Positions 36,419-48,991 of a stretch of 64,000 nucleotides of DNA are shown here, piece by piece. Origin of the DNA: Monocercomonoides exilis PA203. Lineage: Eukaryota; Protista; Preaxostyla. Within the stretch, counting starts at the first letter, position 1. Each line of letters opens with the position of its first letter. The notes beneath the pieces were generated by a model that saw nothing but the letters and a program-made list of their open reading frames with translations, was not told where the DNA came from and did no database searches. The stretch is from contig LSRY02000038.1 of NCBI GenBank assembly GCA_001643675.2, positions 620,001 through 684,000 of the forward strand. The letters are read 5' to 3'. Made by a program: the position numbers and the translations under genes.

Positions 36419-38092
36419 CACCAAAAATAATTCTTATTCGAAAAATAATAATTCAATTTCGTAAAAGAATAATTCAAAATCGGAATTAATATTTCAAATT
36501 CGAAAAAAAATAGTTCGAATTCGAAAATTAATAATTCGAATTCGGAATTAATATTTCAATTTCGTAATTTACACCAAAAATTATTCAACATCGAAAAAGT
36601 TTAATTCAAAATCGAAAAAGTTTAAAACAACATCGAAAAAGTTTAATTCAACATCGAAAATTATTATTCAAAATCGAAAAAGTTTAATTCGAAATCGAAA
36701 AAGTTTAAAACAACATCGAAAAAGTTTAATTCAACATCGAAAATTCTTTTTTTGTAAAATTTTTGAAAAAAATTTAAAAATTCATACTCATGTCAGTTTC
36801 TTTTCTTTCAGAAAATGATCAAAGAAATTTGTCAATTGCAATTAGAAAAATATTTTCCGTTGTTTTTTTGGTGTTTGGTTGTGTGAAATAGAGTATACAG
36901 GATAAAACTGAGTTATAATAAAACTCTTTACATATGTTCAGGAGATTTTAAGAAATAAAAGAAATAAATAAAAGAGATAGGATAGTTCATGATCTTGTTT
37001 TGTGCACAAAAAGGCAGAAATTAATCTCATTTATTGAAAACGAAATGATTTGAATTTCATTCATTGCATTGGAAACTGATAAAATAAAACATTTTCAATC
37101 TTCACAATGAGAAAAGAATCGATTGAGATCAGTCTATATCGTAGAAAAAAGTCGTTCAAAACGAAAGAAAAACATTTTTAATAAACAAACAAAAGTTATT
37201 ATCAACATTTATGTTTATGAAAATATTTCGGTTATGACTTGAATTAAAATTCTGAACAAATTATCTTCTTTTTCGATTTTGAATTAAACATTTTCGATGT
37301 TGAATTAAATATTTTCGATTTCGAATTAAACTTTTTCGATTTCGAATTAAAGTTTTCCGATTTCGAATAATAAATTTCGATGTTGAATTAAACTTTTTCG
37401 ATGTTGTTTTAAACTTTTTCGATTTTGAATTAAAGTTTTTCGATCTTGAATAATTTTTGGTGTATTAACTCGATTTCGAAAAAGAATATTTTTTTGATTT
37501 GTGGAATGAATAACTTATGTTTTTCGATTAATATTCTATAAATTTTTATCTCATCAGTAAACTTTGTTCGTAAATTTGTGAAAAATGATGTGTTTTCATT
37601 AAAAAATTTTCTTTCATTTTGAATGAAGATTTATTGATTGAAGTTAATTTGAAAAGAAAATGTATTCATTTTCGTATTAAAAATAGATGATTTTAATATT
37701 TTTACCAAAGAATAAATTTTTTTCTATTGGAAAAAAAATTCTTGTTTTTTTATTTTTCAATAAACGTGATTGAAATTTTAATATTTTTATTTTGATATTC
37801 AATCGAATGAATATTTTTGAAATTTCTATCATTTCAGTGATGATTTTCGAAAATGAAAAAAAAATTTAAAAAATTGATTCATTGATTGTTTCATTTTCAA
37901 AAAACAGTTTTCTTTGAGTAATAATATTTGATTGGTTAAAAAATAACTTGAACTTATCTGAAATCCATTCTCGAGATAAATTTTAATTTTTGGTTTTAAA
38001 TGAATATCGAAATTGAATAATACATTTTCGAAATTGAATTATTCTTTTTCGAAATCGAATTATTAATTTTCGATTTTGAATTATTTTTGGTG
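36419..38092. mobile_element. Non-autonomous TIR element with CACC termini and ~21-bp subterminal repeats (outer element of a nested pair)
   Basis: Perfect 15-bp TIR caccaaaaataattc/gaattatttttggtg, with TA on the left and TG on the right. Periodic ttcg-containing repeats lie inside both ends. Confidence 0.75.
36572..37462. mobile_element. Related CACC-terminus element nested in the outer one
   Basis: TIR caccaaaaattattcaa/ttgaataatttttggtg with a TA TSD on both sides. About 8 copies of aacatcgaaaaagtttaattc (21 bp) lie on the left and about 9 inverted copies on the right. Confidence 0.85.
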
Positions 38093-38273
38093 TGATTTGA
38101 TAATCAGAATATGTGAAAAATGTGATTTTACAAAAATATTTCCCATATGAATGAAGACATTAACATTAAAAAAATCAGAATTAAATTAAAAATGAATTTT
38201 TATGGATAAGATATATAATTCATTTTGTGATGGAATCATTTATTATTTTCTTATTGATCAAACATCTTGAGAG

Positions 38274-39683
38274 ATGGCGATGGTAACTTTTTTACTTTTT
38301 GGAGAATTGTTCTGTGAAGCTATTAAAATTTATATTTCTGAGAATGGCAAAGATGCTGAAGAATGTGGAACAAAGAATCAGCCTTGCTTAACAATGATAT
38401 ATTCTTTGGAAAAATGCAGTGAAAAAAACGAAATTGCGTTTGCGATTGTAAGTAGACGTCTTGCATCAATGATTCCTGTTGAATTTAAAGATCAGAAAAT
38501 CGAACTATATGCAGAGACAGACAATCACACATCTTTTTTGCGCCCATTCCGTTGGAGTCTTACACCTGTCTTTACAACACATTCTACAAATCTTTCAGTG
38601 AAAGCATTAACTATTATTGCAGAGTGGAATGATAATGGAACCAACCCGATTCTGAGTTCAGACGAAAATTCATATTTATTACTGGAAAATGTTAATCTTT
38701 GCGAAGTTTACAACGGAAGACAAATACCTACTTTAGTCGAATCATTTATAACAGCTAGAGATTCCAGCCTCATTTTTAATTGTTGCAGGATAGAGGATGA
38801 AAGAGATTATGAAGAAAAATCTCTTGAGGAAGACGTTGCATGCCCATGGAAGAGCGGTTGCATTGAACTTTTGGAATGCAAAACGGTTATTGAAAATACT
38901 ACATTCAGTCGTGCTAACTGTGGATTCGTTTTTCAGAGAGGTGGCTCTTTAGAACTGAAGAATGACTCATTTTCAGCAGACACCTACATTCTGTATTCTG
39001 ATTTCAAAAGAACGGTGCATTGCGAAAACAAAGGATCACTGAGCATATCGTCAATCAGAACATTTGATCGCGAGAAAGAAGAGCAAGACGATTTGTGGAT
39101 GGATATTGGAGGATGCACATTGATTAGCAACGACAATCCAGGCAAATACATTTATTTCCACGTGAACATTTCGAGCATCGAGTGTGCATGGAGCTTGCTT
39201 GAAAGCGGATATTTGAAATTTTCATTTGAGGGATACGGGTTTACGCTGTGTCGGGAAAAAGTCAAATTCACATTTGCCTCAAAAGGGGCAACAGAAAAGA
39301 CAGTGATATCGAAGCAGCTGAAGAGCTGGTTTAGGACAAAAGCGGATGTTGAAGTCGAAGCGAGTGAGTTTTTAGGGGCTTCTTCTGTTTCTGTGCAGTT
39401 TGAGTATCCGTCGGCGACAGGGAACGGGAGCGGGACAGAGGAGACGCCTGAGCTGACTGTGGTGCTTCCGGAGAAGCCGGATGAGAGGGAGAAGACGCAT
39501 GCTCCAGGGAAAAATCATATGAAGACGATTATTTTGGCGATTGTGTGTTCGTTTGTAGGTGTGGTTGGGGCTGTTGTGCTGGTGGCGGTGGTGAAAATAA
39601 TGTGGGAGAGAAGGAGAAGAAATGGGGAAAGACTAAAAACGGAGCAGAATAATGTTCTTTATCAAGCAAATTCGGAATTATAC

Positions 39684-39689
<6 letters not shown>
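38274..39689 (+). CDS. Type-I membrane surface protein (beta-helix-type family)
   Basis: Intronless 471-aa ORF with a signal peptide, an IYISENG.D...CG....PC.T motif and a C-terminal TM helix followed by RRRR. The stop runs into A35. Confidence 0.85.
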
Positions 39690-39724
<35 letters not shown>

Positions 39725-40603
39725 TTGATGGAATTAGCCAAAAAAAAAAAAAATCAAAAATATTTATTCGGTGCGTATTTGTGCTTATATTTATATCATT
39801 GAATGTTTTGATTGTGAAGAATACGTATATATATGTGTATATCTGTTTTATGAATGTTTGCAATGGTAGAAACAAATAATTTGGTATTTTTATTTAAACA
39901 TTATATTTTGTACAGAAAGTTCCTCAAAGTAATTGTCTTCCGAAATTATATATGTAGCTTTGCAATATTTTTTTAATAATTTTATTTGAATTTTTATTTT
40001 TTTAAAGAAATTTACAATTATGTTTGCTTTTGTTTAGAATTTTAAGCATTTTCTTTGAATTTTTATTGAATCTTTCAGCTTTTCCATTTAATTAGTAACA
40101 TATTTTTCGGTAATATTTTTTTTCGAATGTGGTTTTTTTTTTATTTGTTTCTTTCAGTTATGAAATAACAAGATCTTTTACCTTTTTAACTGTTTTTTTC
40201 GAAATGTCTTGTTTGATTATTCTATTTTTTTTGTTCACTTTTTATAATTTCGCTTCTTTCGCCTTATTTCTGCAAAAAATAATTGAAAGGCGTTGTTTTA
40301 ATGTCTTTATTTGAATGTTAAAGAGCTCAAAATTTTGAATGTTTTTGTTATTTTTAACATATTTTTCGTGACTTTTTGTGTTATCATATTTCAAATGTGC
40401 AATCAAACAAAAAGAACAAGAAACAATTTGTTGTGTAGAAATTTAAAATAATTTTTTTCTTCTTTTTTTAATAATTCTGTTTGAATCATATTTATAACAT
40501 TATTCATGAATAGTACTTTTTTGTTGATATTTAAAAACTTTCAACATAATTTATTTTTTCATATTATAATTATACAAATTTGTGATCAAAACTCTTGCAT
40601 AAA

Positions 40604-41194
40604 ATGTTTGAGTCTTGCTGCCAAACGACAGGAATAACACCAAAAATTAGGCAAGCGTTGCTTGACTGCATGGAAAAAATTGAGGACATATATCCAAATA
40701 CAGTGCTTTCGTGCCTGGTTAATTGTGACACAGATGAAATGTTTGCTTGTTCTTTATTGTTATGTGAGTCAAAAACTTCTTTTACGCTGCTTTTTCTATT
40801 TATAAAAATATACACGATTAGTGTAACAGATAAGAAAAAGTTTACACCAAAAAAGGAAGAATTTATCACACTAATTTCATCACTCAGGCGTTCTGTTAAA
40901 ACGTTTTGTATGCAACATTTGTCTTAATTTTAATAACATTAAAATTATTTTTTACATTTTGTTGTTGACTTATTATCATTAGCCGAATCTGTTGCAAAAT
41001 CTGACAGTGCGATTATTCACATCAAAGGCACTGCAAGAATGTTTTCTCTGTTTTCTTTGGGCCATCAACATGTACTTGCATTCTACACAGCATTTGACCC
41101 AGTTATTCTAGAATCGTTCGACCCGTTTGAATGCGATCAATCTATGGCAAATATCATTCATGAAATTACACGAATAATAAAGAGTATCAAATGA
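40604..41194 (+). CDS. Small (~145 aa) hypothetical protein, 3 exons; roadblock/longin-like fold possible
   Basis: Predicted introns ~40741-40821 and 40908-40982 give a continuous frame ...LISSLRRSVKTFSESVAKSDSAIIHIKGTARMFSLFSLGHQHVLAFY...IKSIK*. The fold is a guess from the helix/strand pattern. Confidence 0.6.
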
Positions 41195-41514
41195 AATTGT
41201 TCAGCAAAAGCACCATGCTCAATTTTTTTCATAAAGTCATGCGCTAAATCATATAAACTGACATTTGGAGAGCCATGTTTAGAGTTGTTCTTTGCATTCA
41301 TGAATGCAGTTTCCAGTAAATATGATTTATTGGTAAGATAGAAGGGAAAATAAAAAATTTAATGTAAATCAGAACAAGTGTTTTTTCTTTTTGCTATACG
41401 TATATTTCCACAACACTTTTTGAAGATGTTTTTGCGTTTCGAAATAAAAATATTATTTAAAATAATATATTTAATTAGATAAGGGTTTGATCATATTATT
41501 CTTTTCTATTCTTA

Positions 41515-42837
41515 ATGGATCCTTTTGGAGGGTTTTTTGGAGGTGGATTTCCCGATCCATTTGGAGGTGGAATGGGTTTTGGGTCATTTTTTAACGATCC
41601 ATTTTTTACTGATCCTTTTGGACATCGCAGGCAACAACAACAACAAATGGTTAATATTTTCAAGTTTATTTCATATTTTTAATTTAAATTTATATAGAGA
41701 TATTTACAGGACAGACAACCACATGGGCCGATGATTCAAGAACCAGGGGAACAACCACAAATTTCTCCATTTGGCTTTCCAGGATTTGGTGGATTCTCAT
41801 CAGGATCAACGACTTCTTATTCCTATTCATCAACAACTTCAAGTGGAAGCGGCGGACACTTTGTTACAAAAACTACAACCACGACTACTGGACCTGATGG
41901 AGTTGCAGAAACCCATCATATTGAAGCAGATTCATCAGGGAAAAAGAAAGTTATTTCAAAACGCAAAATAGGCGATAAAGCAATTGAAGTTGTGGAAGAA
42001 GAGGGGCCAGGACGATCTGTTCAACGGAAGCAGAAATTAGAAAACGTGAGTCTTCACGAGCTTAATCAGTTTGACAAAGAATGGGAACAAAGGCAATCAT
42101 CGCTGCCAAAGACTTCTCATTCACTTTCGTTCTTTGATCATGAAGGAAGGGAAAGGCATCGTCATCGAGCGTTGACGGGCACTACAATTCAAACCGGGAG
42201 CTCAAATGAATCTGGACCAATAATCCAGGAAATAACTGATGAAGACGATGATGTGATGGAGGCCGATGTGATGACAGAGGAGAAAATGCCCTCAGATCGA
42301 AGACGGAGCTCACGAAGAGGTGCGAGAGGCGATGGTGCTTCTGTGATAACAGCCGAGCGAGAAACAAAGAGGGTGGCTTGCGCAATCGTTGAAGAGCCAG
42401 ATGTACTTCCAACAGAATACACAACCACATCATCATCATCCTCATCAACTTCACCAGAAAGAGATGCGTTTGCCGCAGATCCGCCGATGCCTGGCTTTTT
42501 CCAGTCGTCGCGGCAGAGTCGCAATTCGAGGTACCCGCCGAGTGCGGTGGTGATAACAGAGGCAGACGAAGAGGAAGAAGAGGAGATGGGAGTGGCAGCG
42601 GAAGTGGGGGTGGAACAAGAAGAAGATGATAGTGATGATGATGATGAAAGAGAAATGGCTGGCAGAACATCAGGGCACAGCCACAGGAGCGAGAGAAGGG
42701 ACGATGATAGAAATCAGAGGAATCCAAGCCAAAATCATCATCAGCATCAGCAGCAGCACCATCATCACAGTGGGCATAGCAACTCTCGTCAAGAGTCAAG
42801 TGCACATAGACATTCATATGGCTACCCGAGGCATTAA
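41515..42837 (+). CDS. MLF: Myeloid leukemia factor (Mlf1IP domain) family protein
   Basis: Exon 1 41515-41649 (G/F/DPF-rich) and intron 41650-41709, then SYSYSS..., GPDGVAET, DSSG, KIGDKA and FDKEW, matching MLF motifs. The C-terminus is disordered. Confidence 0.75.
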
Positions 42838-44321
42838 TGTGATGTGTGATTCGTATGATTATTATTATTTTCTTTTTTTTTTAGTTCTAATTTAATATTT
42901 TTATTCAAATAATAATTCTATTTTCTTTTTCTTTTTTTCTTTTCCCTTTCTTTTGTGTGTAGAATACTTGCTTATGTGTGCTTAAAAGTATGAATGCAGA
43001 TGTATGAACAGATTAATATTTTATGTGCATTGGTTTATTTCTCTGCTTCCATCTGGACAGTTTTCTTTGTTCTGCTTGAAACAAATATTCAACTTACAAA
43101 AGAATTTCATTAAAAAAACAAATAGTTTTAATGAAATACTACAAATTCTATTGAATGTGTTATTGAAGCCGTAAAGTTCACATGAATGATTATTCAACAT
43201 CATCAAAGAAACTTCAAACTTCTCATATATTATTGGAGCAACAATCACGTTTAATTCTATTATTTTTTTTATAAATAAATATTATAAGAGAAAATTATCG
43301 TTTAGTTATTTTTTTCCTGTTTGTTTCTTTGCTTTTTTTTTTCTATTTATCCTTTTGGATGCAAAACATTCATTTAAAAAAGAAACATTCATTCAAGTTT
43401 TATTATTTTCATTTTCTTTTTTCTTCAATCAATTATACTTTTTTTGTAATAATATAACTAGTAACATCTTTTTTAAGCAATCTTTGTTAATTTTTCAAGA
43501 TATCTGAAACAGTATTATAGAACACTGATAAAATTTGTTGAAATGGGGCAAAATTTTTGCATATATGAAAAAAACTGAGAAATGTTCCAAACTTTTTCTA
43601 CAATCATTTCATTATAAATCAACCGAAACAATGCAATTAATTACAGATAAATACAAAAATTGAGAAAAATGTTTGTAAAAGAAGAATGGAACAAAATTCA
43701 TAAAGCTAAAAATTTTGCCCCAAATGAAATCACCAAAATAAAAAAGAAAAAAGGTTTGAAGAAGATAAAACTCCAAAAAGTTTCATCACATTTTTTCTTA
43801 ATTTTGACGAATATTTTCTGTTGTTTTTCTATTTTTCTGAAATATGTTCTTTCCATTTAAATAAATGCTTTCAATATGAATTTCTTGTTTGAAAAATAAA
43901 ATGATGAATAAAAATAAAATTGGACTATTTGTTGTGTGTTATTACAATAATTGTAATATTTGTAATAAAAAAAAAATAAAACAAAAAATAAAACAAATCG
44001 AAAATTGAATTTTTTGAAAATTGGTAGAATTGAAGAGTTATTCAAATAAACTGCAACAATTTTTATATCTCACAATAACAGAAGCTTATTGAGGAATTGT
44101 ACTATATAAAAAACAATGTAATTAAATAACAGATGCAAACGTTATGAAACACTTCAAGATGCAAAATGAGGCATTTTGAATAAATGTGAAAAAACATGTT
44201 TGAAATATGTAGAATATTTCAGTTCACTTTATTATTGAAAATTTGAAAAATAAATTAACAGACAAAAAAATGATTAAAAAAAATAAATTCGAATAAAACA
44301 AAATAAAATTAATTTTTTTCT

Positions 44322-46409
44322 TTAAGAAGCCCAATCAATTCCCTTTTGATCGGGCAATGTTTTAACAGTGGGTGCTTTTAAGCGTCGAATGCTGACAACT
44401 TCATACGAGGAACCTTCTTCACTCAGAAGACCCTAAGAAAAATTGTAATGTTAATGTGAATGTTGAAAGATATATAAAGATTAAATACACATATTTAAAT
44501 ATATAAATGTACAAATGAAAAAAAAGTTGAAAAGATAATATGAGAAACGACAAAAAAAAAAGGCACATTTAAAGGAAGAAAAATAAAATTCGTTGTTTCT
44601 ATTAACGATAAATAAATAAAATAGACATTAACATGTTTCACTTTCTCTTTTTCTCTCTCAAACAACAGCATACACAGAACTTCACGCTTTCAGGGATATT
44701 CTTATAAAATAGTCTCTGCTGTGAATCCTGCAAGAAGAAATGGCATGTTCTTATTTTGGAGTCCATATTCACTTCGACTGAAACTGGAATGCCGTCTGCC
44801 CACCGCGCATTTCCTGCTTTCCAGGTGCCGTCGTGGAAGAGAAGACCACTTTGGATAATGAAAATAAAATAAATATAAAATAAATATAAAATAAATATAA
44901 AATAAATATAAATAAAATTAAAAAAATAAAATAGATTTAAAAAAAAAAATTGAAATGAGCGAAAGAGGTAAAAAAAATATTGTATTCAAATGAATAATTA
45001 TTAGTGTTATAGACATTGTAAAGTTGAAAGGAAATTTCAAATTTGCAAGATAAAAGTTTAATATACAATAAATTATGCATATTTTGAAATAAATATTAAA
45101 GAAATAATAATAATAATCATGAACAATAAATAAATAAATAAAAATTAATAAATATAACTGCAAACTCCTTTGCAAAGTATCCGATGCTGTTCTTGTCATT
45201 TCCAGGCCAATAAGGAAAAGGTATTTTGAAATCACTCCGAACAATTCCAATTCCTAAAAAAGAACATTTGTTTCAATAAATAAATCAATAAATAAATAAA
45301 ATGGTAATAATTTCATCACAATAAAAATAATCATTCACAAATAGATAGGAAAAAATTCACATTTAAAAAATCCATTTCCATAAAAATATTCTATTATTTC
45401 CAGCTAATAATTCAGAATTTCTATTTTTATTTCTTTTTCCTTTTTCTTCTTTCTTTTTTCTTCTTTCTTTCCTTCTTCCTCTCTTTCTCCCTTTCCTCTC
45501 CTCCCTCTCCTTCTCCTCCTCTCCCACACTTGCATAATAATCCCCTCTGTAGAACTTAATCGTTGCCTTCCACACTCCACTCGATATCTCCTTTTGTATC
45601 GCCACTGTCATCGCCTCAGGATAAGTCGAAGTGACCCGCCAGCCAGAAACAGTGGCAATCGACGAGTTCATCACAGAAAACGTGATCTCCCGGTGCATGT
45701 TGCGGAAGGGATCAAGAGCGCCTGAGAAAGAAAAAGAAAGAAAAAGAAAGAAAAAGAAAGAAAAAGAAAGAAAAAGAAAGAAAAAGAGAAATATTGAAAG
45801 AGAGAGAGAGAGAGAAAGAGAAAAAAAATGAATAAATAGTTGCAGCGGTTGAAGTAGAGTTAAGGAATTAAATGATTCAATACAAATAATTAATTATAAA
45901 ACACACCCACATCAAAATAAACACAGAGAAATAAATACAGAAAAATAAATACAGAAAAATAAGAACATCACTAAAATTACTCCCCTTCCCCATTCATTCA
46001 CTAACAGAATCATTTCAATTCAATTTATTGATTCATTCATTGATTCATTCATTTATTCAATTTATTTATAAATTCAATTCAATTCAATAGAATACCTGAA
46101 GCATCTTCGTCATCTCGAGACTGACTGGAGTCGACGCTTTTTGAGTGAGATGAGCTTTTTTCCTGCGATCTGTGTGAAGACCCAGTTGAATTGGTGGTGG
46201 AAGAAGAAAGAGAAGAGGAAGAGGAAGAAGAAGAAGAAGAGGAAGCAGCAGGAGGAGGGGAAGAAGAGGAAGGAGAAGGAGAAGGAGAAGATGAACTTGC
46301 TATTCCTCCACTGCTGCTAGAATTGGGTGTGGCTGAAGAAGAAGAAGATGATGATGACGATGAAATTACTTGTGTTTGAGAATTTATTTGTTGAGAAGAA
46401 GGAGATGTT

Positions 46410-46441
<32 letters not shown>

Positions 46442-48695
46442 AGAAATAAGAGGAGGAGGAGAAGAGGAAGGCGAAGAAGAATTAGCTGAAGTGACAGATT
46501 GATTGTCAGCTTGATGAGAAAGAGAGGCATTTGACAAGGAAGAAGTGGAAAGAGGAAGAGAAGCAGTATTATTCATAGGCATATTCGAAGGGCTCATATT
46601 TGCCAGAGGAAAAGGCAAAGAAGAAGAAGAGGAGGAAGAGGAAGAAGAAAGAGAAGAAGAAGGATTAGGAAAAGTTTGCATGATGTTTGGATATTGTGGA
46701 GTTAAATGAGGAGGAAGGGAGGAAGAGGGAGAAGAAGAAGAAGAAGAGGGAGAAGGCGAAGAAGGAGATGAATGAGATGGGGAAGAATGCGAAGAAGGAG
46801 AAGGAGAAGGAGAATTCGAAGAAATCGACGAAGGAGAAAAAGAGGAGGAAGAGGAGGAGGAAGAAGGAGAAGAAGAAGAAGTCATCAACCCTTGCGAAAG
46901 CATGGATTGCAACTGATTCTGCTGCATTTGTTGAGTTTGCAATTGTTGTTGTTGCTGCTGCTGTTGTTGTTGGCGTAGCAATTGCATGTTTTGGAGGTAG
47001 TTTTGAATCTGAAGGAGCACATTTTGCTGCTGCGGCTGCGACAAAGACCAGAAATTGGGGCAGAACAAGGTGACATTTTGAGAGGTGATGGAGGTGATGG
47101 AGGAGAGAGAAGAAGGAGAAGAAGAAGGAGAAGGAAGAGAAGGAGAAGAGGAAGGAAGGGAAGAAGAGAAGGAAGAGAAGGAAGTGGAAGGTGAAGAGGA
47201 AGGGGAAGAAGTTGGATTGGGAAGAGGAAAAGAAGGAGGTTGCTGAGAGGAAAGAGAAGGAAGAGGAAAAGAGGAGATGTTGGAAAGAGGAGAAGGAGAA
47301 GAGATTTTTGGAGGAGGTGGTGGAGGAAGTGAAGAAGAAGAGGAAGAGGAGGAGGAAGAGGAAGAGGAAGAAGAAGGAAATATATTTTCATTGGGTTGAT
47401 TTGTTGATTGTGTCTTTGATAATTTCTGCTTTTTCGTTTTTTCTATTTCTGTTGGTTTGTGAAGACCATATTTATCTTCCCCTTCTTCTCTTTCATCTTC
47501 GTCTTCATCCTCACCCTCATTTTTTTCATCTTCCTCTTCTTCATAATCATTTTTCTTCTTTATCTTCTTCTCTTTCTTCCCCCCTTTCTCTTTCTCTTTC
47601 TCTTTCTCTCTCTTCATATTGCTCTTCAGCTTCTCCACAAACGACATCAGCCCGTTCGCCTTTGTAAACAAGTCAAAATCGTCTGAATTTGACAGAAATG
47701 ACAGACATTCTTCCAAAGGCGCGACTTCCTCAGCAGTCGGCCTCTGCTTCAGCGCAAACGACACCACATCCAAAAGCATAAGCTTCTCTCTCGCAGTGAC
47801 GTGGGTGACGATCGCATTGATTTCACTCGAAAGTTTCGCGTCAACAACTTCATTTGACGGATCAGTCGAGGAATAATTGGATTTAGCTCCAGTTTCGTGA
47901 CTTTCTTTGCTTGTTTCTCCATATTCCAAGGGTTTTTCTCTCATTTGCAGCAGATAGCATAGTTTCTTTATGAAGGGCAGTTGCATTATTTCTCCTGCTA
48001 TTGATTTGAGGGAAGAAGATGATGATTGTGAAATGTCAACAAATTTGGATTCTTCTGCTGAAAAAGTTGGCAAAAAAACTGAAAGTGCAATTATTGCTGG
48101 CATTGTTGATTGTGTAAATGGTCCCTATTTGTTTTGCATTTGTGAAATTGTTTGCAAAATAACCAAAAATAATTAACAGGAAATGAGTTGAATAGAAAGA
48201 AATATATAAAATTATTGAGAAATAATCCTTTAAAGGCACACAGATATTGCTGAAATAAGTGAAATAGCTAATATCCTATGGGTAACTGCTATGTTCTCAG
48301 CTCCAATTGTTGCAGTAATAAGTGCCATTAACTTTGTACATGCGATCTTTATTTGCATTTTGAAATGAAAACATTAATCATTGAGCACAATCAAAATTGG
48401 ATGAATGAATCACACTCTTAATTCATCACTTTCATTTGATTTGACCAAATCAGTAAGTACAGATAATATACCAGATTCAATGAGTGAAGTTACATTTACA
48501 GTTTCTAAAATAAATAAAATATTCAATGAACGATAAAAAACAATAAATTCAATAAAACGAATGAGGTAATTAACCTTCAATCAGCATAATTGATAGACGA
48601 TTTACTATGGATGATTTTTTTGCTGATGGTAAAGTTTTAAGTTGATTGACATATTCAATAAACATTGACCTCTGTTCCAACAAGGACTGATTCAT
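44322..48695 (-). CDS. Multi-exon protein: helical (ARM-like) N-terminus, Ser/Pro/Gln low-complexity middle, C-terminal SPRY/B30.2-like domain
   Basis: ATG 48695 and a large exon at ~46095-48180. The 3' exons encode TVAIQKEISSGVWKATIKF, GIGIVRSDFKIP, GNARWADGIPVSVEVNMDSKIRTCHFF..NIPESVKFC and ...DWAS* (TAA 44322-44324). Some junctions are approximate. Confidence 0.72.
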
Positions 48696-48991
48696 TTATT
48701 TGGGAAACAAAAATAAAAGTGCATTTTATCGAGACAAAGCAATTCAAATTACATGTGTAAAGTTTATATTAAACAAAGAAATGGTTTTTTAAAATTTCAA
48801 TTTCAGTAAATAATTGAGACACACTGTTTTTTCTTTAAGTTGTTCTGCAGCTGACATTATAAAATGTGAATTTTCTTTTATGTTGTTGAATTAACTTTTG
48901 TCAAAAAGTCTTTAACGACTTTTTCTTGATTTTTGATCAAATGTAACCACAATATATCATTTTGAGATCAGGATAGAAAATTTTTTTATAA

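Noticed and set aside
36572-37462. CRISPR-like array
   Set aside because: The 21-bp units are contiguous with no unique spacers, they are inverted at the two ends of a TIR element, and there are no cas genes in this eukaryotic context.
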